64,000 bases of DNA, from contig OX597816.1 in assembly GCA_951406725.2 (NCBI GenBank), forward strand, positions 32,984,001-33,048,000, given 5' to 3'. The position numbers and the translations under genes are program-made. The notes below the pieces were generated by a model. It had not been told where the DNA came from. It saw nothing but the letters and a program-made list of their open reading frames with translations, and ran no database searches. Shown here piece after piece: positions 1 through 12,510 of the stretch (position 1 is its first letter; each line of letters begins with the position of its first letter). The DNA is from Octopus vulgaris. Its lineage: Eukaryota.

Positions 1-200
1 ATAAGAATGGTGGGTGTGGAAATTAAATGGAAAAGAGTTCCAAAGTCTGGCAGTTCGAGAGAAAGCACTAAGACATCCTTCTTTGGAGGAAGCACAACAG
101 TATTTGGATGAAGGTGCTGTGTGTTTCAAATCAGGCAAGATGGCAAATTCTGAATGCTTAAGCACAAGCCGAAATCGTGTAGACGACATTTTTGCCTAAA
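1..200 (-). mobile_element. CR1/L2/Jockey-group LINE 3' remnant
   Basis: Minus strand 28-63 reads FSRTARLWNSFP, resembling the C-terminal FxRTxxLWNxLP motif of CR1-group ORF2. Confidence 0.5.
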
Positions 201-324
201 AATCTTTTATCTTCAGTTGTCGTATTCACGATTATACATCCTAGCGCGCCTGAGGTTAATATTCTAAGTACAGACACGGCCCTTTGGAGCACCGCCTAAG
301 GTCCTGTAAGAGCCCCCGAGAGAG

Positions 325-430
325 AAAAAGTACTGGGCTTACAAAGAATAAGTCCCGGGGTCGATTTACTCGACTAAAGGCGGTGCTCCAGCATGGCCGC
401 AGTCAAATGACTGAAGCAAGTAAAAAAAAT
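325..430 (+). mobile_element. SINE 3' fragment (tail GGTGCTCCAGCATGGCCGCAGTCAAATGACTGAA...GTAAAA)
   Basis: The same tail recurs in reverse orientation at about 7305, 11950 and 28270. Confidence 0.7.
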
Positions 431-659
431 ACTTAAATATATATACACACACACATATACAGACATGCCCTCACTAACACCCATACATGCAACTTTATGT
501 ATAATCGTTACGTTTATATGATATATTTTTTTGCACAATTATATATTGTCACGATTTATGCTTTCACTATTTTTCATTTCAGAACTACATTACTTCGAAA
601 CATATTCCTCAGCTTCATATAAGAGGATGTACTGAATATTTCAATGAATGTGAGCAAAT

Positions 660-1181
660 GAGGTTTATTTTTAAACATATTTCTAGTTCTTCCATCGGTG
701 TTGCTGGTCTCTGATCCCATCGGTAAAGACGTTTCACTTCTCTTGGTCAAAAGTCATCAAAAGCAGATATGATGTTATCATCACAGCTAAAATGCATTCC
801 TACAAAGTCTTTCTTTGTGTCGGGGAACAGATGATAGTCAGATGGGGCCAAATCAACAGAATAGTGACAGTGAAAAGGGGAGACAGTCACGTACAGCGAC
901 TATTGAAACCAAGGACTTGTGTGCTGGTGCCTTGTCCTAATGAAAGAAAATCCCTTTCATCAGTTTTCCAGGGTGTTTCGTCTACATAGCCTTTCGTAAC
1001 TACCTAAGCAATTTCGCATAGTCCGCACCATTGAATAGGCGGCCCTTTTAAAGATGGTCAATAAAACCAATGCCTTATGAATCGCAAGACCTGAAACGAT
1101 CACCTTCCCCGGAGAGGAAACGACCTTGGCCTTCACATCTCTAGCGTCTCTCTTTTGTAGACAGCTTATGAACTTTTTCAT
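660..1181 (-). mobile_element. Degraded mariner transposase relic
   Basis: Minus strand gives KAKVVSSPGKVIVS, IFFH*DKAPAH and YSVDLAPSDYHLF (mariner YSPDLAPxD motif), with stops and frameshifts. Confidence 0.85.
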
Positions 1182-3507
1182 TCGAGCAGCGTTACAATAA
1201 TAAAATTTACTAGGTGATGCAAAATACTTTATCTATTGGAACTTCTAAGATTTCATTTGTATTTAGAAATCGGAATGTGTCGAAGAAACTTTAACCGATC
1301 AAAAGACTAATTAATATAATGTTCGGTTTTGTCGAAGGATTTAAATGTTACTCTTATCTTCAGTTTTAAGCTGGCTAAATCCGTTCATTCATCTTTGAGA
1401 TTTTCCACTGCAGACATGTGTTTAGCTTTCGTTTTGCTGTGACTAGCAAAATTCTGTGAATATGAACTTGCTTAAACAAAATTTCCAAGAAACACACCAA
1501 CTCTATTGATATCTGTTTAAATGTAAAACACGGAAAGCATTATTTCTTAGACTGATATGATAATTCTTTCATATTTTACCAAAACCATAGATGTTTTGAA
1601 GGAGTGGGTAGTCTATTACATCAAGTTCAGTGCTCAATTCGTACTTATTTTATCGACCTCGAAAGGCTGGCTGAAAAGCAAAATCGATTTTGTCAGATTT
1701 TGAAAGCAATATGTAACACGAACGAAATGTCTCAGACATGTTAACGATTTTTACAGCTCACCGCGTTTAACATGTAATAAAAAGTAGCAGATTAACATCA
1801 TTGGGATAAACTCATTCATAATGGTGATCTCGTAAAGACAGGAAGAAGTTGTGTATTATACAGTACCATCAGAAAATACATCAAACAACGTTCTAAAAAC
1901 TAGATACACATGATACACGACTATTGTGTGATACAGGCGGAAAAAGAAATATACGAGATGATACGAGAATATACGTTTCGATCCATCTTATGTTGTTCCC
2001 TTGCGGGTGGGATACAGTACAACTAGTTGTGATGCATTCATTACTGAAGAGGTGTCTTCTCAAGTATGTAACTTTTCTGTGCCGAAGGATGCACCACAAC
2101 TAGCAGCACAGTATTGCACCTACGTAGGATCGATATATATCTCGATATATCTAAATCATCCACCAAGAATATATTCAACATGAACCCTATTATAAAATTT
2201 CCTAATTTTTAGATGTTTTCGAATTTTGTCATTTATCCACATGGAAAAATACAGAGATTACGAATGTGGGAAATAGAATTAGTTTTTGAAAGTTGAATTT
2301 TTCTCAAAGAAATCCTGAATGTATTTTTCCCCCCCTCAGCCACCCATCAGCGTCCCGCTTTCTGACAAAATGCTAATCTCCTGTGTGACAAACAAGAATG
2401 TGAGTAGATTGAAGAAATAAATAAGTGTGTGTTACGCAAATGTCATCTCCAGAATGCAAGAAGCAACACGTAAAGGACGGTATTTTTTCGATGACATCCT
2501 TGTAAGTTTAAATGGCAGATCAGGTTTTGAAATACGCTCATTACAAACAGAAATGACAGAATATAATGAGATAATTTCCATACGATTTGAGCGGTATCTT
2601 ATCGCACAGCAAAAAATTAACATAATTCATACAGAACATAACATTCTTGATTCGAAAAGAAGGAAATGTAGTGAAGTTGTAATATATCCACAGCATAAAT
2701 TCTCTGTAAATTATAAGGACAAAATGAAAGAGAGGGATAATGCTTAAGTCTACGCACAACAGAAACATGGGACGAAAATGAGAATGACTTGAAAGTTGTG
2801 CGACCCGGTCTCGCTTTCCCCTGTCTTTCTGCTGGCTTTCTTCCACCTTCACCTAAAGTACATACATACAGTATCAACTTTCTGCCGGCTTTCTTTCAAT
2901 TTCAACTATTGAACATACATAGGGTATGAAACATCAGCATTTCTCTCTCATCCGCTATCCCTGTCTCTCATCTTCTCCAATAGAAACTTATTTTTTGTCT
3001 CTGTTTCTTTCTGCTGCCTCTGTATTTTTTCTCATTCTTTGCTTCTTTAGTTCATTCCGTAAACATTTATTTGTGCAAAGAAAAGAAACAGCGAAAAGGG
3101 AGAGAGAGATGAAAGTAAAGGAGTTGAGAAAATGAAAGGTGTACGTACGTGTATATGAAATGGAACTGTATGTGTGTATACGAGAGAGAAAGAGAGAAAG
3201 CGAGACAAAGAGAAATAGAAAGCGTGAGTGAGTGAAGTTGTGTATCCTGATGACGGATGCCTTTTAAGGAACACACTCATACAGAAAATGTTACGTTATC
3301 ATCGTATAAAATGCTGACGATAATGGAATTGTGGAATAGATTATAAATGTAAAATTTTTGAAATGTAAATGTGTGAGTGAATATAAAGTTTAGTTAGTTT
3401 GTGGAAATAGTACTGAATCTTTTCATACCCCATGCGTCAAAATCGCGGTAACTCGATTTTGGAATGCTTAGGGAACATACGCACAAACACTCACACAAGC
3501 AAGCATT

Positions 3508-3596
<89 letters not shown>

Positions 3597-3600
3597 GTAT

Positions 3601-3760
3601 AAAGGGAAAGTTTACGAAAATAAACAAAAGATGAAGGCAGGTGGTGTACAAAGAAACATGTATTTGTATAGCGCTCAGGAATAGAAAAAAGTATTTTACG
3701 TTTCGAGCCTACGCTCTTCTACAGAAAGGTACACAAAAAAAACAAGGAGAGAAAAAACAT
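3601..3760 (-). mobile_element. Penelope-like non-coding repeat (pLTR-like), copy 1, next to (TA)n
   Basis: Closely similar to 5036-5210; carries an HHR-like motif. Confidence 0.6.
3694..3727 (-). ncRNA. Minimal type I hammerhead-like motif, variant core CUGUAGA
   Basis: Minus: ttt-CTGTAGA-a-gagc-gtag-gctc-GAAAC-GTA-aaa; stem II gagc/gctc, palindromic ACGT stem III, GUA site. Confidence 0.55.
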
Positions 3761-4319
3761 GTGTGTGTGTGTGTGTGTGTCATTTAGAGATAGAAGTCCC
3801 TATGCAATTCATAAAATCCTAATATACATCACACCGTACCATAGAATTATATTTTAGTACTATTTCAGTTCTAAATTTCTCTTCTACACTTGTTTCATGA
3901 GGTGCGATTAACGTACCCAAGACTCTTAACTCTTAACTGCCACCCCAATCATCAGGACGCTTCATAACTTTATATAATTTTAAAACTATTCCTATATTTT
4001 ACTATTTTATCAGTAACGCATGTAACTAAGAAACAAATATGCGGGAGTGCAAATAAATTCGCCGAACCTTGGCATGCAAGTCATAATTTAATTAATTCAA
4101 AATAAAAAATTCAAAAACATTAATTCAAACGTGACTTAAGCCAAAAATCATACATATAAATTAATAATATATAGGAATGAAGAAAATTATAATATATCTA
4201 TAATATCTCTATCTCTAAGTGACATATATTTCCTTATCGAGAATAATTCAATTTATTTGAATCCCTGTGACGGCGGGATTTTTATTCCCTAATTAAAATA
4301 TAAATAATATATATATATA

Positions 4320-4379
<60 letters not shown>

Positions 4380-4513
4380 TTATTTATACACATATATATA
4401 TATGCATATATATATATGTATATATATATATATACATATATATATTTACATATATCTATATACATATATATATATATACAAATATATACATATATATATA
4501 TATATATATTTAC

Positions 4514-4550
<37 letters not shown>

Positions 4551-5035
4551 ATATATAAATATGGCTATGAATCAAATGTGGTCCATTCCTGACTACCTTT
4601 TTAGCACGATTTCATTTTCATGTTTCTTTCTCATATTTCCATGACATGAAGCTCTCATTTCTCAGATTTTGTTGACTTTAAATCGTAATTGTTGTTTCTG
4701 TAACATTGCTTTTACATTAGAATGTCAATGCTACTCAAATCAGTTTTAATTCTGGGAAAAAGTAAGTCCATATTATCCAAATCTCAATTCCTACACCTGC
4801 CCAGCATGATGTAACTACCTGATGCTTAGAGCCTTCTTGTTTCACTGGCATAGCTGTAAATATCAATGAGGTGCACAAACCACCACATCGCATCAAGAGT
4901 TGAACATTCCGCCGGATACATATACATGCATACACATATATACATATGTATACATATATTCATATATATGCATATATATACATATGTATACATATATACA
5001 TATATATGCATATATATACATTGGTGTGTATATAT

Positions 5036-5318
5036 AATGGGAAAGTTTACGAAAATATACAAAAAACGAAGGCAGGTGGTGTACAAACAAACAAATGTAT
5101 TAGTATAGCGCTCAGGAATAGAAAAAGTATTTTACGTTTCGAGCCTACGCTCTTCTACAGAAAGATACACAGAAAAAAATCAAGAAGAGAAACAAGGAGA
5201 GAAAAAATATGTGTAGTGGCTAACGATCTATCATGGCGTCTGACTCGGACAGAATGGTCAGTCGCGAGATGGACTGTAGGGGAGATAACAGGGTTAACTG
5301 ACTTCCTATAGGAAGGAG

Positions 5319-5320
<2 letters not shown>
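5036..5320 (-). mobile_element. Penelope-like non-coding repeat, copy 2, flanked by (TA)-rich tracts on both sides
   Basis: Same family as 3601-3760 but longer. Confidence 0.6.
5130..5163 (-). ncRNA. Minimal type I hammerhead-like motif, variant core CUGUAGA (copy 2)
   Basis: Identical to 3694-3727. Confidence 0.55.
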
Positions 5321-5401
<81 letters not shown>

Positions 5402-6129
5402 TATATGCGTATGTATGTTTACAGGTATTTATCTATCTATCTATGTTTAATACCAATACGCTCATTAGTCTTAATGAAAAATTATTTAGTCTATTACACA
5501 ATCCTTAGCGAGAATTAATACTTAATATTGCCAATTATGTTGCTAAATTAATATTAATGCTAACGAAAATTTCATATAGACTTTTTTTTTACCTATTTAT
5601 AGAAAAAAATATATTCTGCAAATCTCTATCATTGCATACTAAGACGTAATTATATTTCCTGGTCAACAAACAGCCATAACAACAGTGAATTGATTTGGAA
5701 ACTGAATAATTTTATGTCATAACCGGAATGATATATTTAGAGTTAACTTTTCAATGAAAAACAAGTGTGCTTTTTCAGATTTTTTCGTAAATTCACCCAA
5801 CTGTACCGTGTTTAAAATAAAATATTGATTATGTTTAAAGCTCTACGTACATTGATCCTATATTTCTGAGTTGAGAGAAATAAAAATTTATTACTTTTAT
5901 GCAATTCCCAAGGGCATTAACAGCAAAATGTTGTATAACGTTTTGTAACATTATAGAGATCTAAATTTTAATGAAAATGGATTTCTGAGGAACATGTCAT
6001 TAACCAGCAATTGCTGAGCAGGCGAAGTCACAATAAAATGTAGATATAAAAATAGATTCATAGGAACGTAGATAGAAAGATGGAGAGAGATACAGACAGA
6101 CAGAGGAAGAAAGAAAGAAAGAAAGAAAG

Positions 6130-6230
6130 ACAGATATATAGATAGACAGACAGATAGATAGATAGCTAGCTAGCTAGCTAGCTAGATAGATAGATAGATA
6201 GATAGATATATAGATAGATAGATAGATAGC

Positions 6231-6291
<61 letters not shown>

Positions 6292-6412
6292 GTTCGGTTG
6301 GATGGAAGGCTGGAGGGATAGATTGATAGATAGATGGATAGATGGGTAGAGAGATAGGAAGATAGATACGGAAGATAGACAGACAAACAATTGGATATAC
6401 AATATATATATG

Positions 6413-6447
<35 letters not shown>

Positions 6448-6448
6448 G

Positions 6449-6523
<75 letters not shown>

Positions 6524-6529
6524 GTATGC

Positions 6530-6555
<26 letters not shown>
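6130..6555. repeat. Compound (GATA)n/(TA)n microsatellite
   Basis: Read directly from the sequence. Confidence 0.95.
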
Positions 6556-6559
<4 letters not shown>

Positions 6560-6561
<2 letters not shown>

Positions 6562-6882
6562 TAAATATTAGGGAATAAATCCAAATTTACAGGGAAAAAA
6601 ATCAGATTTAGGATTAAATCCAATTTTATAGTAAAATATTATAAAATATTATTAGAGACAAAACCACTATTTTGCAAAACAAACAAGGAAAGACTTAATC
6701 AATACATAAAATTTTAATAAATAGTCAAAAAACCGCCACTACAATTGTTTCTTGTCTTGATCGACAATCTTCAGGTGGACTTCCAATCTAAAATATTTGA
6801 CTATTTATTAAAATTTTATGTATTGATTAAGTCTTTCCTTGTTTGTTTTGCAAAATAGTGGTTTTGTCTCTAATAATATTTT

Positions 6883-6890
<8 letters not shown>
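6560..6890 (-). mobile_element. Fold-back Penelope-like non-coding element (89-bp inverted arms 6641-6729 / 6796-6884) inside (TA)n
   Basis: The arms are reverse complements; the spacer contains an HHR. Confidence 0.75.
6736..6778 (-). ncRNA. Type I hammerhead ribozyme, intact core
   Basis: Minus: ccac-CTGAAGA-ttgtc-gatcaa-gacaa-GAAAC-aatt-GTA-gtgg; stem I ccac/gtgg, stem II ttgtc/gacaa, palindromic ACAATTGT stem III. Confidence 0.85.
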
Positions 6891-6927
<37 letters not shown>

Positions 6928-7304
6928 GATAGAGAAAGAGAGAGAGAGAGAGGGGGGAGAGACCGAGAGAGCGAGACACAGGGAGATATATAGATAGATA
7001 GATAGATACTGATATAACGATATGAAGAAAGATGACTATTTAGTTACGCTGAAAGTTATATACAAAGATAAATTTTATGTGATATACATAATGAGAAACA
7101 GATTAATAAATACTAGCGGGACACATGAAAATTGTAAGCATGCGCAAATTGTGTGCTAGTGCCATGAGAAATGTTACAGAATATAGAAAAATCGTGTAAA
7201 ACATATAAGTATATAATCCAACCTAAATATCTTAGTTATGCACACGTAAGTAGAATTAATATTTAGTCTTAAAATACATCGTTTTAGTAGTAGTGTTCTA
7301 GTAT

Positions 7305-7510
7305 TCTTTTACTTGTGTCAGCCATTTGACGGTGTCCATGCTGGAGCACCGGCTTTTACTCGAAGAAACCAACCCCTGGACTTATTCCCCGTAAGCCTGG
7401 TGCTTCTTCTATAATCTCTTCTGCTGAAGAGTCAAGTTACGGGGACACAAACACACCAGCATCGGTTGTCAAGTGATGTTGGTGTTGGGAACAATCGCAG
7501 ACACAAACAC
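7305..7510 (-). mobile_element. SINE 3' portion
   Basis: Reverse of the tail at 325-430; body shared with the copies at 11950 and 28270. Confidence 0.7.
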
Positions 7511-8376
7511 GGTTGTATCATTCGGATCCACAGCCCAAGAAGCTATCATTGAGTAGTTCTACAGACGTTCACCTCATCCCTGAAGACTCATGGAAATATT
7601 CTAGCTTCAGTGTTCTGAAGCAAAGGTGGAGTACTCGTCAAAAAATACCCGCCAAAACGCCCCACCATCAACGTAGATCACTGCGTGTCTCTCTTGGCCG
7701 AAAGGTGTGAAGCTTTGAAACAAAAATTCCGTGGATACACACTTGTATGTACACAAGATATACAGAACAAATCAAAGAGAGTTATAGTACTACGCCTCTG
7801 ATTGTAACAATGATTGGAAGTGTCATTGATGGGATCAAGATAGCGTGCAGGTGGCTACTACTACTTTAACGGTACTTTCCCTCCTTAAACGGTACTGTTT
7901 ACTGCTACTTTTCCTTCAGTCTGTCACACAGACCAGACGGATTCTTATTTTTCTCCTCTCGTATCTTCAGCATCCGCTACCTTATCTGGTCTGTCCGAAC
8001 GACCCTACATGTTTGTTTTTGTTTGGTTTGTAGTATGACTCCACTGTCCTGATTTTATTGCTGACATTGACCCTCCGAAAATTCCAAATTTCTGTTTTGC
8101 TTCGCGGGAGCAACATTTTCTTGCAACCTCATATTGTGGTTAATTGCTCGAAATGTGGAGTTAATGAACAGCCAACAACTGATGATGGGTAGTTCTTTAT
8201 GTTACTTGCCTTGTTTTGTATTGGTTACTCTCGTTGTTCCATACCCAATTTTGCCTTCGTATTTCATGATGTTGACGTTTTGTGACGTCATGTACTCATA
8301 TATGCGTAAACAAATACATATATATATGTGTACATATACGTATGTATATATGCACACCCACACACACACACACACA

Positions 8377-8434
<58 letters not shown>

Positions 8435-8526
8435 CATATATATATAATTTATATTAGTATATGATTGAACGCCACGCATCCATTTCTAAGTAAGTTTGTC
8501 TTATATACATATATACATATATGCAT

Positions 8527-8593
<67 letters not shown>

Positions 8594-8596
<3 letters not shown>

Positions 8597-8910
8597 GACA
8601 AGAACACAAAACATTCAGACAGCTAGATGATACAAAAAAGGCACAAGAAAAATCACTAATGAGTCATTCGAAGTTTTCTTTCTTCAGTTGAGTTCCATAT
8701 TATCTTTGCAATTTCGGCTGGTTATACTCGAGATTGCCCCAATCTGGCCAGCCCTAAGGAAAAATGAACTTAAGGCAACTAGATTCCTTGAAAGAAAGCA
8801 ACGAATGTATTAAAAAGAAGGACGGATAAAAGACGGAGAAATGCTACAGAAATACAAATGCGAATAACAGGACATAACAACAGGTATCTTTCGACTAAGG
8901 ACGAATGTCT
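8594..8910. mobile_element. Unclassified non-coding element flanked by TA-rich microsatellites, possibly Penelope-like
   Basis: Discrete block between microsatellites; minus strand has ggctgg...ccagcc-GAAA-ttgcaa (partial HHR-like motif). Confidence 0.35.
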
Positions 8911-10084
8911 GTCTATATGTATGTATTTATGTGTGTATACATACATGCATGCATACATATACGTGTGTGTGTTTGTGTCCATATAACCCTTATAACCCTA
9001 TATTGATATTCTTTATTTTCTCTTGTTTCTAATGCTAGGAAACCCTCCAGAAATCAGCGCCAGTCTGCCATATTCCATTCAGAAGTTGCACGAAAGACAT
9101 AATGTGGCTTGCTAAAGCCACAAGGTTATTGCGTATGAATATACAGGCGCTTATTAATTTCTCCCATAATATCTAGATTAAGAAATACACGGATTAAAGT
9201 CAGGATCACGTCAGGGACATCGATGACAGCGTCGTGTTCTAGCTCTGTAGTGATTTTTGTGGGATAATATGAGTAGGTTGTCTCTACCAAATTTGCCTTT
9301 GGGGACGTGCGTTCCACTGGGATAAGCATAGGCATATAATTCCTCCTGATATGTCAGGAATGCAAATCACTAAGAATTGTTTTCTGTCAAATGTCCTCAG
9401 ACGAAGACCTTAAAAAAAAAGTGCTCAGGCATGCCTGTAGTCCAATCATTGATGCAAGTAAAATTGGAAAGATCCGTATTGAAAAGACCGTTTGTTACAC
9501 ATGTAGCAATAAAATTCATCATAAAAGATATTTCTTTACAGAAGACTTAAATGTACAAAAATCAAATCCTGAACCATATTGATTCTAACACAGCAACAGA
9601 CACGAATGTTGCGTCCTCGTAAAGAAATTTGGCCAGTACTTATTAACCGGATACTATTTCTGCCGATTGAAGGTATCGGGTGGGGATTTATAGGAGCTTT
9701 TAAATTTAATAAATAAAGCTGAAGAAGGTAATGAATGACAAGGGGAGAAGTAAACATCCCGTGAAGAGACGCTATCCGCTGAAGGAGACCATTTCTCTTA
9801 TAAAGGGCGTACCATGTTCATCCTGAATGAAATAGTATGAAATTTACAGATCATCGAAAATTTAAGATAATCTAATGGAACAGCACTTTCCAAATGAAGT
9901 GCAGAGAAAATAGATTGAACCAGACTTCAAACACCACAGAAAGGGTAGAATATTATTTTAAATTTCACACGATAGTGTTCCAGGATGACCAGGGCCGCAT
10001 GGCTGAAACGAGTAAAAGAGTAAATACTGATTTCAAATTTTGCCACAAGAGATCAATATCGGAGGAGGGAATGATATCGAGGGA

Positions 10085-10250
10085 AGGGGGTTTATGCCTA
10101 TTCCCATGTTCAACTGGTGCTTATTTTGTCGATCTCGAAAGGATGATCGGTAAACAACCTCAGTACAATTTGAACTCAGAACGTAAAGAAGCACGAAATG
10201 CCATTAAACATTTTGCCGGGCGTGTTAACGAATCTGCAAGCTCGTCGCCC
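10085..10250 (-). mobile_element. Degraded SINE (family of 20722-20952)
   Basis: Reverse match to the GGCGAGCT...GAGTTCAAATT...CATCCTTTCG body. Confidence 0.65.
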
Positions 10251-11069
10251 AAATTTAGGCAAATATTACAAACAGTTAAATATCAAAGATCAACGTGTAG
10301 TGGGTCTCAATGTAACCTATGATATTCTACAGCTTACAGTTGTACGTGATGAACGAATTGTAATTTATTGGCCATAAAAAAACGCAAACTATGATATCTC
10401 ATCGGACCCCAGAATTTATTTTTATGTTACTGGTTTCGGCGGCCACCATCTTAGAAAACTCTTTCAAACATAGATTGAATCAACAACCACAAAGGTTTCT
10501 CTGAGGCATACATTATCGATCATCTACCGGATGGAATCTACAGATATATGACTGTTGTGAAATTGATAATCCCAGAATTCTACCCCTTATAATGATAGTT
10601 ACATTTCATTCATTCCTTCCCCATTTGTAGACGTAAGTGAATTGCATTTTTCCTCGTAAAATACATATACATGTCATCTTTTCTTTTTGTAAAACATTTT
10701 TATATACAATGTATGTTTTACAAATAATGCAGTTTCATTATTTTAGAATTATTTGATTTATTCTCATTTTATTTATATATTCATGTAATCCGTTCAAATT
10801 AAACGCCTATAGGAAATGAAGAATTTTGCTAGAAAAAAACTGTTAAAAAGGTCAACAAAATTACCTTACATTCAATTTTAAACACATATTTATATTCCAT
10901 TTTACAATAACATGTCAGTGAATTCTAAATAAGTTGTCAACCTAAGCGAACGTTCAGTTTGTCAGAGAGAAAGAGAGGAAGTGAGAGAGCAAGAGGAGAT
11001 GAAGCACTGTTTTTTTAACAAAATTCTCAACTAACACAGTGCTGCTAAATGTATGCGTACTTAATATAC

Positions 11070-11590
11070 AATGTGTCCGGGATATGTTTGAAGAGATTTT
11101 ATTTCTCACCTTTTTGGGAACCGTCTGTAGTTTAGCGGCGTTGGAGAGTATAAAGATAAAAACAGTAACTTAGAAAACTTTAGCTAACATGGAGTATTTG
11201 AAACCAGCTGTTTATTGGAAAAGAATTACCTGTATCAGGATGATTTGCTCCGGGTGTCAAAATACCGACAACATGTGTGGTACCCAAAGCTCAGTAATTA
11301 TTCTAAAGGTTACAAGGGAAACTACGGCGCCGTAGTAAGCAGGAGGTGGGACAGCAGGCGTTCTGACTTCGACTGCATGACAGAATTCACCCCGTAAAAT
11401 ATGGAAAAGGGCTCAATTCAGATGGTTCTGTAAAATAGTTGGAAATCGTTGTCAACTACCCTGGCTGGAAACAGTTGCTGCTTAAAGACCATATGTATAG
11501 AAGTAGGATTAGGTTCCGTGCTGTTTGCCAGATTCCGGAACACTCTTAATGTTGTGTTGGAAAATAAAGGCGGTTAATTGTAATAACCCA
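11070..11590 (+). mobile_element. Heavily deleted Tc1/maT-like DNA transposon relic
   Basis: GLNSDG...LEIVV...PWLETVAA*RPYV and RFRNTLNVVLENKGG-like remnants. Confidence 0.5.
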
Positions 11591-11949
11591 GTTAGTACTT
11601 TTTTGCTTTTGTCGTTTTGTAATACTTATATTTTTAGATGAGATATTTTTATTACTTTTCCTTTTATATGCAAACAGTTAAATATAGCCCGAACACTCTG
11701 TACCTATGTAAACGGATAAAAATTGCCCCACGCACAGATTTTTTACTGTATCTAATTATCACGATACCGGCGAATGTAATGGTATGTAAGTGAGTGAAAG
11801 AGGTGCATGTAATGTTCTTTTTCTTTCACAAGTAGTGAGGTACATTTATCTCACAACAGAATAAAAAGTTGATATTCAGATAAGTCATAGGTGAAAATCC
11901 TTCTCTGGAAATACTTGCATGAGTTTGTGCGTGGAAGTGCATGTATATA

Positions 11950-12150
11950 CTTTTACTTCTTTCAGTCATTTTGACTGCGACCTTGAAGGAGCACCGACTT
12001 AAACAGTTTTTAGTCGGAGACGTCGACCTCAGGACTTATTCTTTGTAAGCCTCGTACTTCATTTATCGGTCTCTTTTGCCAAAGGGGACGTAAACACACC
12101 AAAATCGGTTGTCAAGTGATGGTGGGGGAAATACATAGAAACAGACATAC
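11950..12150 (-). mobile_element. SINE 3' portion
   Basis: Same family as 7305-7510. Confidence 0.7.
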
Positions 12151-12189
12151 ACACACATACATATATATAAGATCCCAAAAAGTTAATTG

Positions 12190-12510
12190 GGACATTGGTG
12201 AGACTGATAGGTGTTGGTGTCACCACCATGAAGATGGCTCTGCATGAGGACCGTCGTTATAATTCGTACATGCTTAAATGGAACAGCTTGATGAAGGCAA
12301 AGAAGCTTCGTAAAAAACTGAGGCATCCTGCTGAACCGGGAATGATCTAGTTCTCCTCAGATAGAAAGAACTTTAGCAAGAATCCTTTGCAGAATAGCAA
12401 GAACAAAATTGCCTTATCTATAGCATAAGTGATGTCCTGTGTTTCATGAAAATCAAATTACCTCAAACCGTGTTTGTATTTGTGTGTGTCTCCAATGAGC
12501 GCGACTTCTC
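12190..12510 (+). mobile_element. Tc1/maT-like transposase fragment
   Basis: KAKKLRKKLRHPAEPGMI*FSSDRKNF...MKIKLPQTVFVFVCVSNE matches the FFSDEKxF...TKFPxTVMV region. Confidence 0.7.

Noticed and set aside
2820-2920. Diverged tandem duplication of about 55 bp and a possible minus-strand exon
   Set aside because: Short, with no recognisable product
3394-6623. Many YIYI, CVCV and IIII ORFs here and throughout the window
   Set aside because: Translations of (TA)n, (TG)n and (TAA)n microsatellites
8665-8760. HHR-like pieces (ggctgg..ccagcc-GAAA-ttgcaa, and a separate CTGAAGA)
   Set aside because: No CUGANGA in the correct position and no clear NUH; not called as a ribozyme
9040-9560. Complex, coding-looking sequence
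   Set aside because: No motif could be assigned; probably decayed transposon
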